The translations under genes and the position numbers were made by a program. A stretch of DNA of 62,918 nt, filler included, from Lenisia limosa (taxonomy: Eukaryota; Protista; Breviatea), in assembly GCA_001655205.1 (NCBI GenBank). It is 13 parts of 13 records of this genome, joined end to end, with 100 filler letters (N's around TTAATTAATTAA, not from the genome) between each part and the next. Parts side by side here need not be neighbours in the genome. Positions count along the whole stretch, not along the records: positions 14,585 to 39,535 come from LPNZ01010126.1; 12 more parts are not named here. One strand, given 5' to 3'. The notes under the pieces were generated by a model. It was not told the DNA's origin, did no database searches, and worked only from the letters and a program-made list of their open reading frames with translations. Numbering within the stretch: position 1 is the first letter of the stretch; every line of letters starts with the position of its first letter. This document shows positions 25,790-36,973 of this stretch, piece by piece.

Positions 25790-27242
25790 CCCCCCTTACA
25801 TCCATGCGGCTGAACACCATCAGATACAAAGGCATCATTGAGAGCAGCAATCTGTCGCTCCAAATCAGATGTTTCACTGTTTATTTGATCCAACTAAATA
25901 GATTTAGGTTTCATTTTCAGTGCATATAGTATTGCAAAAAGCAAAAGCACACATAAATAAAATATGAGATACAATTCCAAAGAACTAAACTTGTGAGCAC
26001 CTAGCGTTTCTCTATTGATATCGAGGATCTATCGAGAAATTCAGTCTTTATTTTGGGACCCAAGGGAAGCCCTACTTATACCAACATCTATTCATACCTT
26101 GTGTTGGTAAGAAAGCAAATTAGACTCTTTTCGCCGTGTCTCCTCAGCAACCTAAATGCTTATAAGAGATATGCAACTATTTTGAGGAAAAGAAACTATA
26201 AAATATTATCTGTAGCTATATCATATCATATAGCTACATATCATATATTCAAGATAACACGTATTAAGACAAGAATGGCTGAATGGCTACTTTATCCAAT
26301 AAAATAGTAGTACAGAAGAGTAAATACACTGCGATATCAAGGGAGACATTGGACAAAGATAAACCATTCGATCTCATTCAAACCCCCGTGAGCCAAGCTC
26401 TAGAGAATTCCCACCTTTTGTTCGGCTTCTTCGGCCTGGGTAAAGAGGGTATGAAGATCGTTTTGTAGATCCTCAATCTCAATAAGGAGCTAGAGAATGA
26501 GAACAAAAGACCCCAGTTTTGAAGAAGAACAAAATCCCATCAAGATAAATAATCGGCATTTCCCAACAAACCAGCTCATCAGGATCCTGCATAGTTGTCA
26601 GGTCCACAAGCTCCTTTGAAAGAGCTAGGGTATGTCCGGTTACAGAGTCAACTTCTTGTCGAAGGCGCGTGAATAGAGCCATTTGGTCTCCTAACAAGAG
26701 TAAGTTATGCCCCTACCACCAAATAGACGGAATTCCCCACAAATTCCAGATTGACAACAATAATAACAGTCACAGTTGGCTAAATAGTACGAGAGTAGAA
26801 AATAATCAAAAATATTCCTCAACAAACCAGGAATATCTGAGAGCTGGATCGGGGGAGGCTAAATGGTCAGACAGGGATAAGTGTAACTTGATCAAAACAT
26901 TTCCTCAGCCATCCAGTCTCATAAACAGAGCTACTTTTTATTACTATACCCAACAAAAGCCCTTACGGAAGGGGATTGAGTAGGTGGGGGCTTGGGAATG
27001 GCAGAGAAGGAGGGATTTAAATACTAAATTCCGTCAGGGAAATATATAACTGCAAAAATGATACACAAAAAAGACGGGATTTCGTTTCCTGAAAGAAGGC
27101 TTCCCCATTGACCCCCCCCCCCCTTTATTACGGGGTGACTAACAACGCTCACATTTTGGACAGGTGGAGATGGGGACGGGGATGGGTTGATGAATGAGGC
27201 GTGGGCGACGTTGGCAAGAGCCCCGAAGGAGTGCGAGTCCAT
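25790..27242 (-). CDS. Coiled-coil-rich exons, either a separate gene or the 3' part of the GATA gene
   Basis: Exons MDSHSFGALANVAHASFINPSPSPSPPVQN|gtgagc, QMALFTRLRQEVDSVTGHTLALSKELVDL, EIEDLQNDLHTLFTQAEEAEQK and LDQINSETSDLERQIAALNDAF. Confidence 0.5.
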
Positions 27243-27350
27243 GGGGTATGCAAGTGAGGGATTGAAGAATGGTGGCGATGGAAGCTGATCAAGCTGTCAA
27301 GTAAGAGTTGTCGGAACAAACATATAAAAATTCCTTTCATGTCATCTGCA

Positions 27351-27428
27351 TACAGTGACCGGGATAAGTCTTGACCTTTTTTCCATGGGAAATCAGCAAA
27401 TCGATCAAGACTTATCCTGGTCACTGTA
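27351..27428. mobile_element. ~74-bp hairpin micro-MITE family E (CAGTGACC TIR, TA-flanked)
   Basis: TA-CAGTGACCGGGATAAGTCTTGA...TCAAGACTTATCCTGGTCACTG-TA. Other copies at ~50894-50961, 58298-58364, 58520-58566, 60435-60497 and 62688-62753. Confidence 0.75.
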
Positions 27429-27885
27429 TTAACATATTTGATATTGTGAAGTGTACGATAACAATAATGTCAAAGTCTCGTTGCAAAATTTCCAAAACGA
27501 AAACCATTCTGTTCCCTTTTACCGTTGGTGAACAATGTCGGATGTTTTCAACATTGTTGATAGAAGGGATGATAACAGGGTTTGGCCGGACAAAGGGTTG
27601 GTGGGGAGCTTGTGGTACCTTTCAGTGTTATTGGGGATTATGGATTGACATGAGAATAAGACAAGAGGTACACGCGGATAAAAATGTGGTGGAAGGGTGG
27701 GGGCTGAATGACATTCTGATATTACGAGAGTACCTCCAATATCTAAGTATTTATTGGGTAAAGAGGGACAGGGAAAATCAAACAAAAAAAAAAGAAACTT
27801 AGTAACAAAAGGAGGATAAAAATTCAAGAATAATAATGATAATAATAAAAGTAACCAAGCAGACTTGAGGAGAGGGCGATGGCGG

Positions 27886-29270
27886 AATAGCGGAGGGAAC
27901 CGCCCTCGCATTGACAGGCGCTGAGAGATCGGGGTGAGAGTTTGGTACGTCAGCCTGTTGGGCAATGGAAAACGCCTTTCCTTTACCAAGCCCATTGAGG
28001 GTGTGAATGCTGTCAGAAATGAGAGTGTCGTGATCATCGGGTGATGGCGGTGCCTCTACTGCTACTACTCCTCGTGCGAGGGTTGGGTTAATCTTTTTCA
28101 ACCGATCTAGAGCCTTGGCTGGGATTGTTGCTTTCTAGTGTTATAAGTGGCACGGTAGTGTAAGGTGAAATAATAAGAAATGATATAACGGGGCACCATC
28201 AACATCTTCATATTTATAAAAGGTACATAGTTCTGTGCCTCAAATGGCTTACAATCGGATTGGCGCTCAATCCTCACAATATTCCCCACAGCCCCAAGCT
28301 CACTCTTCCTCTTGCTTTGGGGATGATATCTTGTGTAGATGCCGTTTCGACAAGCTCGCTCTGCTCTTTGTAGAATGGTGAATCCTGTGGCACCTCAAAC
28401 TCTGAAGGGCGGTCCACCTTAAAGGGTAGAACATGTATAGTTTGAAAAGAAAAGTGAAGAAAACGCTCATTATGATTATGAAATCTCATCTAAGATAAGT
28501 TGATAAGATTTCAATACCTTGGGGGCTCTGGACTTCTTTTCCACCTGACGGAGCCATCTGACTCCTGGAGTGTGAGGTGCAAACACAAAACATCGTACAA
28601 TTTAATGATATTAAGTTACTTGAACAAGATATGGAAATACAAGTTTCAAGTGTTTATATGCTGGGATTAGATAAAAGACTGACATTGAGTTGATAGTGCT
28701 ACTATACACTACCCTGCTATCGGCAAATACCATCACAACTTGGCAGAATATGAAAATAAAATCTTGGAATTGGTTTGTTGTTAAAATGGTGAATTTACCC
28801 AGGACAGAGTCAATTGAAGGACCAAATAACCAGAACGGCCAGAGCGACCAGAAACCCTCGTACCACAGGCGTTACAAAGACAACCTAAAACAGTTACTCG
28901 AGACACAAGCGGTCACCAAACGTCTACTTCAAGATTATTTTATGCCCCTTGCAGACCTTTTCCATTTGGGCCTCTTCTCCAGACCGGAGTATCTGACGTC
29001 CCACTTAAAGGTAAAATGTGGAAATCCAAACAACATCACAGAATGAGTTGCAATGTTTTGAGGATGAATGGAAATCGTACTAACATACTCAACAAGTGAA
29101 GCCAACAAATATCCATCTAACGTCAATAATCGTACTCAAATGACCAATCGCCCCCATACCAATGGAGGCATTTACCGTCCCACCCAGGAGGGTGGGCAGA
29201 TGCCCCTGCGCCACGTCGTCCCGTCTTGACTAGCTTAAGGACGACTTTACAGAATACTTCTGAAATCCGA
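27886..29270 (-). CDS. GATA-type zinc finger transcription factor
   Basis: Splicing three exons (~29159-29270, 28957-29003, ~28800-28884) gives ..[37 protein letters not shown], a C-X2-C-X18-C-X2-C finger. Pro/Ser-rich exons follow downstream. Confidence 0.85.
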
Positions 29271-29522
29271 GAAACTCTTCATTGTGAGGAAACAGCACCA
29301 AGTTTAACCGAAAATATATTTGTCAATTTTCCGCTGTTTGTATTAATTTATCCAATAATATAATAACATTAATGGTCAGCTGATGGTCAGTTAATGGTGC
29401 TAAAGAGAGTAGGTAAAGCAGGGTAAAGAAAGAAAGAAAAAACACCAGAAAAGTGTACCCCCCAGAGTTTTCTATATAAATATAAAAAAAATCTTTTTCA
29501 ATCTACACTTTTCAGAGAGAAT

Positions 29523-31068
29523 ATGAAGTTCTTAGCTCTTTTCGTTGCTATTCTGATCGCTTCAGCGGTTTCCACCCCTGTTGTTACCTTTGGCACTCCT
29601 GAGCCTGTTAACCGTGACTGGTGCCCCACTTGCTTCCAATTCTTTGTAAGATGAGGAAACAAATAGGAAATTCCGAAATATTTGTAACTTCTCCGACACA
29701 TTTCTGACATTTTTTTAGCGAAACACCATGCAACAGCTCATCAACATTGTAAGCTGGGACTTATAGCAATATTTGGAGCAATATCGGTTTCGGAGTTACT
29801 TTATTCTTTATTCTTTGCTAATCACACTTAGATCATCAACTCTGATGTTCTTGGAACCTGCAGTGATCTTTGCAGCCAGCTTCCCAACCAGGTTTGGAGT
29901 TGTTATGAGGAATGTCCCATTTGTTCTTTTCCTTCTTTTTTAAACCCAAAAATTTACTCTATACAAATGATTTTACAACTTTTACGGCATAGACTGAAGC
30001 CACTGTTTGCCAGCTCGCCTGTGATGCAATCGGAATTGAAGCCGTCATCTATGCCCTCAAGGTCTGCAATGTTCTGAGCTTTATTTTGTGTTACTGCCCC
30101 TGGTGAAGAAAATCACTTCCGCCTTTCAAATTCCGGCTGATCCGTTGTAGAAGGTTGACCCCTCTCCTGTCTACCTTTGCCAGCTGGCCAAATTCTGCCC
30201 CGTCGTTGAGGGTGGTAATGTGATCATGCAGAAGGTTGACATCACTCCTGCTGTTGCCCACCTCGGTTAGTGACATTTTGGTTAATAGATCTTCATGCTA
30301 TCCTAGAATCATTACATTCTCACCCGCTTCACTTTCATATTTGTACAATCTTTAATTTATTTTTTGACGACAATTTTACACCAGTGATCCTGTGATTAAC
30401 TTGTTTGTTCTTACTCCGAAGGTGACGTTGTCACAATGACCTCCTATTACCAAGTCACTAACGCTACCGGACCCGGAGAAGTTGGCATTAAGCTTACTCC
30501 CCCTCAAGGTTGGAAGTTTTTTTTTTTATTAGTATTATTTTCTTTTTTTTTCAAATCTCAAAGTAAAATGAAATTGGGAAATGAGGTATTCATTTAATCA
30601 TTTTGTATTAATGCCCCCCCCCCCNNNNNNNNNNNNNNNNNNNNNNNNNNNNNNNNNNNNNNNNNNNNNNNNNNNNNNNNNNNNNNNNNNNNNNNNNTTG
30701 TTTCAGGTGATGCCATCGAGAACAACCCCTTCATTGAAGGCCTCGCCCCAGGACTCTACAAGACCCCCGTCAACATTGAGATGAAGGACGGTGATGGTGA
30801 CGAACTCCCCGCCGGTATGCTGGATAAATTGCGACTGGAATCTTGACTAACACATCAGGTGTCTGGAACTTTGAATTCAAGGTCTGCGAAGGTGACTGCC
30901 TCCAAGTCCACCCTCACAGCCGTATGTAGGGGCTGTTCACTAATTGTTGATCCACCCTTTTTTTTTCTTGCGTTTTTTTTTGTGTTCCATATTAATATCA
31001 TTTCCTCATGGTTAACTCCTTTAGGCGAGTGGGGACCCCTCAAGGGCTCTTTCACTTTCAAGCGCTAA
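29523..31068 (+). CDS. Countin-like secreted saposin-B domain protein (~9 exons)
   Basis: Signal peptide MKFLALFVAILIASAVS, then DWCPTCFQFF..LINIIINSDVLGTCSDLCSQLPNQTEATVCQLACDAIGIEAVIYALKKVDPSPVYLCQLAKFCP and C-terminal YQVTNATGPG..FKVCEGDCLQVHPHS..FTFKR*. It is colinear with Dictyostelium countin. Confidence 0.85.
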
Positions 31069-31310
31069 TTAATTGTCTTTGAAATGTGTAATATATTTTC
31101 TGGGAATTCCAAGTATGTGTTACTTTTACACTCAGAGGGGCTGTGGCCAAGGAAGGCACGGTTAATTATATCACGACATTGTAATGGAACATTTGTGCAA
31201 TTGGAAATGGGTAGTAAGTAGATTGGTCAGCCAATTGGATATCAGATGTGAATAGGAAGTGAACTGATTTTTTAAACCAAAAAAAATACTCAAAATTAAA
31301 AAATAAAGAG

Positions 31311-33337
31311 ATGTCAACGTTTGAGCATCCAGATCCTGCTGTGGTTGCGGAGAACCTTCTCACTTTACAAAACCAAGTTAAATCGCTTGCAGAAGAGGCA
31401 GGAAGGTCGAATGTGGTGAGCTTGGGGTGTGTTATCTCATCAAGTTGTGCCCCTTTAGCCACCCTCGCTTTAGAATGGTGATCATTGCGTCACTAAAATG
31501 ATTTAATTCGAGGATTTTGCGTTCGTATCTTAAAGGATAGAGACCATCTTACCACCATAGAGGCTTGTCCCTGTTAGCAAAACCAAACCTGTTTCCCTGA
31601 TCCAAGCCTGTTATGATGCTGGACAAAAGCGTTTTGCTGAAAATTACGTGAGGGTTGTTGATTGTGTGCACCTCACAAGAGTTTGGTTGATGGAGGCCAT
31701 TTCGTCATTGTGTTACATTCTTGTGGCATTGACTCATATAATAGGTTCATGAGATCGTGGAAAAGCATTCAGCACTCCCAGACGACGTTGAATGGGTGTT
31801 TTGCGGACACTTGCAGTCCAATAAAGTCAAGGATGTCGTACGTGTGTGGGCTATTAATGAAAAAAGCATCATTGGTGTTCTCAAGACCGTAGTATTTTAG
31901 TCCCTTAGATGGTCTTTTTGGAAGGTATATGATGATTATTATTTGCTGAATTTTCCATTGTTGTGTTATAGGCTCCAGGCGTTCCCAATCTGTGTTTGAT
32001 TGAAACCGTATCTTCTCTCAAGCTTGCCAAAGAAATATCTAAACAGGTTACAAAGGCCAGAAAGGTGGGCGTTTGTTCTTCATTGACGCTTCAATTTCAA
32101 TCCAGATAGTAGTAAATATGATATGTAGTAAAACAGAATGGCAATACAGTTATTTTAGCCGCAAGTTCTATAATTACATTAGTTAATACAAAAATAGGAC
32201 AGTTTGGACGTCTTTGTGCAAGTGAACACTTCAGGAGAAGAATGTAAGCTCGTCTTAGTAAAAGAGTAAGGGAAACAACCATCCTTTTAAAAAAGAGTGT
32301 TATCGATCATGTCACACCATTTGGCTTTATAATATACTCTTCCGATTAACCTTTTCTCAAAACAAAAATATTGTTATTTTTTTTTTTATTCTTTTTTGAT
32401 GTTTTTAGCCAAACATGGAGCGACCCCCGAAACCACTCTTGAACTCTGTAAAGAAGTCCATGCAATTGAAAATTTAAACCTAAAGGGACTTATGACAATT
32501 GGCAGGTAGGTCTTCTTTTCGATTACAGTTTGCTTTACACCCCCATATAGTACATTGTATTTCATATATGTATATCGATATGTACATATATAATGCATAT
32601 CGGTCAAGCCTTGGCCACAGTATGATATGCAGTGAAAATTCTGAACTTTTTTTGTAGGGTAAGACAATTTCTTTACCAGTTCTTTAAGATAAACTATCAT
32701 TTAGGAGGTTTATGAATAAGTTGTTCTCACTCTTCTAGACCAAATGCGGGGCCGGACCAACCTGATTTTGTGGTGGGTGTAACAATATAATGTTAGAATA
32801 CGATCTCTGTTCTTTTGTGAAAATAATTGTTTGTTATTTAGCACACCTTCTTTTTGATGGTATTGTGTAATTGAGTTGTCAGCCGGATATACTTTCATAT
32901 TGCTCACACTCTAGACAATGGTTGAGTTGAAGACATCTGTTTGCGAGGAACTGAATCTTGACAAGGTAGTTTAGATCTATTTCCTACGTATTTTTTCACT
33001 GCTTTGCGTTTAACTTTGACTAGGATACATTTGAGCTGTCAATGGGAATGACTAACGACTTCGCTGATGCCATTAAATTCGGGTCAACTAATGTTAGGTG
33101 AGTAATTTGCACAAGTCACCCCCCCCCCCCNNNNNNNNNNNNNNNNNNNNNNNNNNNNNNNNNNNNNNNNNNNNNNNNNNNNNNNNNNNNNNNNNNNNNN
33201 NNNNNNNNNTTACTAGGTCTAACCACCCCCGTTCTTTTTACCACAATAAGTGCAGTTCTCATCACAACAGAGTTGGCTCTGCTATATTCGGAGCTCGCTA
33301 CTACGCACCAGGAAAGGGTCCCAACGCTGCCAAATGA
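31311..33337 (+). CDS. PLPBP: Pyridoxal phosphate homeostasis protein (PLPBP/PROSC/YggS)
   Basis: Exons RLVPVSKTKP..GQKRFAENY, PNLCLIETVSSLKLA, LDVFVQVNTSGEESKHG, LKGLMTIG and [33 protein letters not shown]..K*. Confidence 0.95.
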
Positions 33338-33528
33338 CTACCCCAGATACCCTTGAAAAGAATTAAGTAATGGATTGAGTAATACTTACCACCTCATGTC
33401 TTCCTGTGTTTTAGTCGAACATTTATATCACTGTCATCCCTTCATAAATGAGCAAACATACATACATCAAATTAAATACTAAGAAAAAAGGTGAGGATAT
33501 TATTCATTTGTGAAACAACGATGCGGCA

Positions 33529-35860
33529 TTAGTGTACAAATTCCTGGGTTGCGAGTTTGGGTGGTTCTACTCTAAGCTTCTCTCTCGAGAATACGGGTGA
33601 TCTAATAATGTGAGTATACTGGGATATGAAGTAGAGTGATTGAATTATCCACTCCTCAATTCTGTGATTGCACCCACCTCTGTTGGTGAGGGCCGGTCCT
33701 GGATCTTTCTTCCAAGGTTTCTCATCAGAACTTTCTTGTTCAAGTTGGCAGTAGGTGATTCGGTCAAGAACTATAAACATATTTAATTGTTCTTTGTAGT
33801 CTTATAATAGAGAGGAGAGAATGTTGGGTACCTCTGATAATACAAGTGGTACTACGGTAAAGCACTCTATCCAACCTTTCTGGCTGCATCACTGCTGGTC
33901 TCCATCTTGAAAAGTCAGTCATACCACACGCTTCTTGTCAGTGATAAGTATCATATGAGTATATTATATTTATCGGGTTTACCCGTCCAGTATCATATCA
34001 TAATATATCGATATGTATACATGATACTGTAAACAGCAGCAACATTGGCTTCCTACCAGAATGTTTTTGTTTCTGAGGGTGGATTCGGTAGGTCTATCAG
34101 CAATCTTTGACCTAAGCGAATCTCCAATCTAAAGTGTTCAGAAGTAAACTGGAACTGTGAAACCCACCTTTTGCCTGACAAGGCAAGAGCGCGAAGCCAA
34201 AAGGCGGGGGGCAGTTGCGGCCCCCCAGCCGTCTTCAACTTCAAGGATGTTCCATTGTGCAAGATCGGACTTTGAGGGGCGATTGGCTGATTTGTTACAA
34301 GTTAAGTAATTTTGTTGCACAATAACAACAGGAGCTATTTCACAAAGCACGCATCAATCATCCACTAAACATACCATTTTTATATAACCCGGGTTAAGAG
34401 GGATAGAATACAAGTTATCAAGAACACAGATTATACAGGAGAAAAAAATCCTACCAAGTGAGGCAAAAAGTGCATCTTCAAGCACATCTCTTGGGCTGTT
34501 GGCTTCGGGAATAAACGGTAATCCCTTTTTGGAGAGGCGGCGATCGCGATGACTGAGGTCGGTCAAGTTCTAAACCGGTCAACATATGTTGAGAAATTGA
34601 TTATTCTTTCTCGCCGGCCCCACCTCTTTCCATGCATTTGCTGACATGACTGTTGCCGCAGCCAGTGTAAGTCGTTGTTTTGGGGTGCATATTCTACAAT
34701 TTCAATATCAGTGCGATAAGACTCACCTGAATTTGTGACAAAATGTACAGCAGTCGTAAGAGAGGGGATTCTGAGGCTCCGCATTTGGAGTGACTGTTGT
34801 TGATCCAGTAGAGGGTGCTGCTTCTATACGGGCCATTGCGATACGTATTGTCATCTAACATATTTAACACAATTCAAAAATCTGACCCCAGAAATAGCAA
34901 TTTTTGTTGATAATTACCCCAAAAGCTTACGTCGATTGCCCAATCAAGGAGGAAGACGGTATTTCCCCAAATTTGACAGAGTTGTACTTCGCCAGTTTCT
35001 AATCGACACCAAAACTGCAATTTCTTTTCCTGATTTTCAAATTTGAGTAAGGTAGTCGAAACTTTGTTTACCTTCATTGATTCTGTGTCGATAACTTCTA
35101 AGGTATCATCTTGGATCTGCCAATGTCAGAAGCTGTCTCATGTTGTTTGATACAATCACCCATCACAATTCAAGTTTCCAACCTGAATAACAAATGGTTC
35201 TTCAGTGTGAAACTTAAAGAATCTGTTTTTGAATGATACTCCTGCCGGAGGTGTTTGTGTCTAACAGTGATGAATAGACAGGGTTGGAGCGGAATTAGAG
35301 TACGAATTTATTGTAAATTATATCACGATAAATATTGAATTACAACTGCTCAACTTTAATAAATAGAGTACTTGGTATTACCCAATCCATACCTTTGTAA
35401 ATTTCGAAGTGAAGAACCCCTCAACTTCTTCAACATGATCGAAGATAAACTCCTGGATTATCAGTAAAAGGCAATAAACAAGAAGACTAATATATTTTGT
35501 CTTATTTCGATAATTTTATAACTATATCAAAGCTAGAGGGGAAAAGAAGAGCATTACGTTTTTTTGTGAAGCCCGAAACCTACTTTAGGTGAATCCAGAA
35601 TTTTGTAACTGCAGAGTTTTGCTGCACCAGGGGCCCCATGTGTTCCAAACCACATTCGTTTCCACTTGCCATCACTTCCTCCTTTCAGAATATAGCGAGT
35701 TGGTTCATAACCTAGCCATCCAGCCTCATTTTTAACCTGCAATTATGTTACATAACATGATAAAAATATTTATTTAGGATAAGACTCATTGATATTACCT
35801 TTTTAGCTGGGCTGAAGTTACGAATTTCGTCAGATTCCTCAATTGGAACCAATATCATAA
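33529..35860 (-). CDS. Multi-exon hypothetical protein
   Basis: Minus exons: MILVPIEESDEIRNFSPAKK|gt, GWLGYEPTRYILKGGSDGKWKRMWFGTHG, ETGEVQLCQIWGNTVFLLDWAIDVSFWG, GLPFIPEANSPRDVLEDALFASL and PQLPPAFWLRALALSG. Confidence 0.55.
34316..34405 (-). repeat. Inverted near-identical copy of RPL37A promoter + ATG + intron-1 start (36023-36111)
   Basis: Reverse complement TATCCCTCTTAACCCGGGTTATATAAAAATGGTATGTTTAGTGGATGATTGATGCGTGCTTTGTGAAATAGCTCCTGTTGTTATTGTGCA differs from the original by 1 substitution and 1 indel. Confidence 0.9.
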
Positions 35861-36049
35861 TTAAAATGCAATTATATCTTTGTTATAGGGGTATGTTTGA
35901 GAAAATATGGCTTGTGAGGTAAGAAAGAAACATATTAATAATATACGAAATTAAAATTCTCCTTTGTAATTGAACTGAACTGAGGTCACTCGGTTTCTTT
36001 TTACTCGGGATTTCAAATATTTTATCCCTCTTAACCCGGGTTATATAAA

Positions 36050-36591
36050 ATGGTATGTTTAGTGGATGATTGATGCGTGCTTTTTGAAATAGCTCCTGTT
36101 GTTATTGTGCATTGACTATTTCTTCAATAGTTTTCAGTTCACATTTCAATGCTGGTATTTTTAATGGTGATTATTATCATTGAATGCTAAACCTGTCTGT
36201 CATCTTAATGATTCTCTTTTTTTTCAAGATTATTTTCATCCTCTAGGCCAAGCGCACAAAGAAGGTCGGAATCGTTGGTAAGTACGGTACTCGTTACGGT
36301 GCTTCTCTCCGTAAGATCGTCAAGAAGATCGAAATTGCCCAGCACTCCAAGTACATGTGCCCCTTCTGCGGCAAGGTTAACGTGAAGCGCTCTGCTACCG
36401 GCATCTGGGCTTGCCGCGCCTGCAAGAAGACCATGACCGGTGGTGCTTACCTCATGGCGTATGTTGGGTCTTTTTTGATGCTTTATAAATGAGAAAACTG
36501 TTGGTTCAAGGTCTAATTTTTTTTCAGTACCCCCGCTGCTGTCGCCGTCCGCTCTACCATCCGTCGTCTTCGCGAGACTGCCGAGATCTAA
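36050..36591 (+). CDS. RPL37A: 60S ribosomal protein eL43 (L37a), 92 aa; exons 36050-36052, 36247-36458, 36528-36591
   Basis: [92 protein letters not shown]. The spliced length is 279 nt, in frame. Confidence 0.98.
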
Positions 36592-36973
36592 GCAGGCACT
36601 GTGCCTGACTGCTTGATCAATACAACCCGTTGAAACCATAAGCAAATGTGGTGCATTGGTCTCTTCTTCATACCTTACTTTCATTATTTTGTGATTGTCC
36701 CCTTCCCCTCCTGAGCACGTATTTTATCATTAGTTTCCTTTACGAGTCCCTTCCCTCAAATCATTATTTGGTATTATCACTATTTCAATACGTGGTTATG
36801 TTGTAGAATATAGTATTTGGTTGTGAAATCTGACTAGAAACTAGATAAATAAGTAGATGAGAGAGTCTACCAAACAAGAACAAGATAGAACTTAGAAAAA
36901 CATATAATTCAACTCAACTCAAGCTCCTTCAAGATCATTGAAACGCGATTATCTGAATTGGCAGCCTTTCCTC

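Noticed and set aside
27519-28037. 172-aa minus ORF, and other long track ORFs such as 3392-3772 and 41635-41955
   Set aside because: Alternative frames or read-through across introns and repeats; no domain signal.
36060-36120. snoRNA in RPL37A intron 1
   Set aside because: Only degenerate boxes (TGGATGA, TTGA) and an 8-nt match to 18S; insufficient.
36205-36684. 159-aa minus-strand ORF
   Set aside because: Antisense shadow of the codon-biased RPL37A exons.
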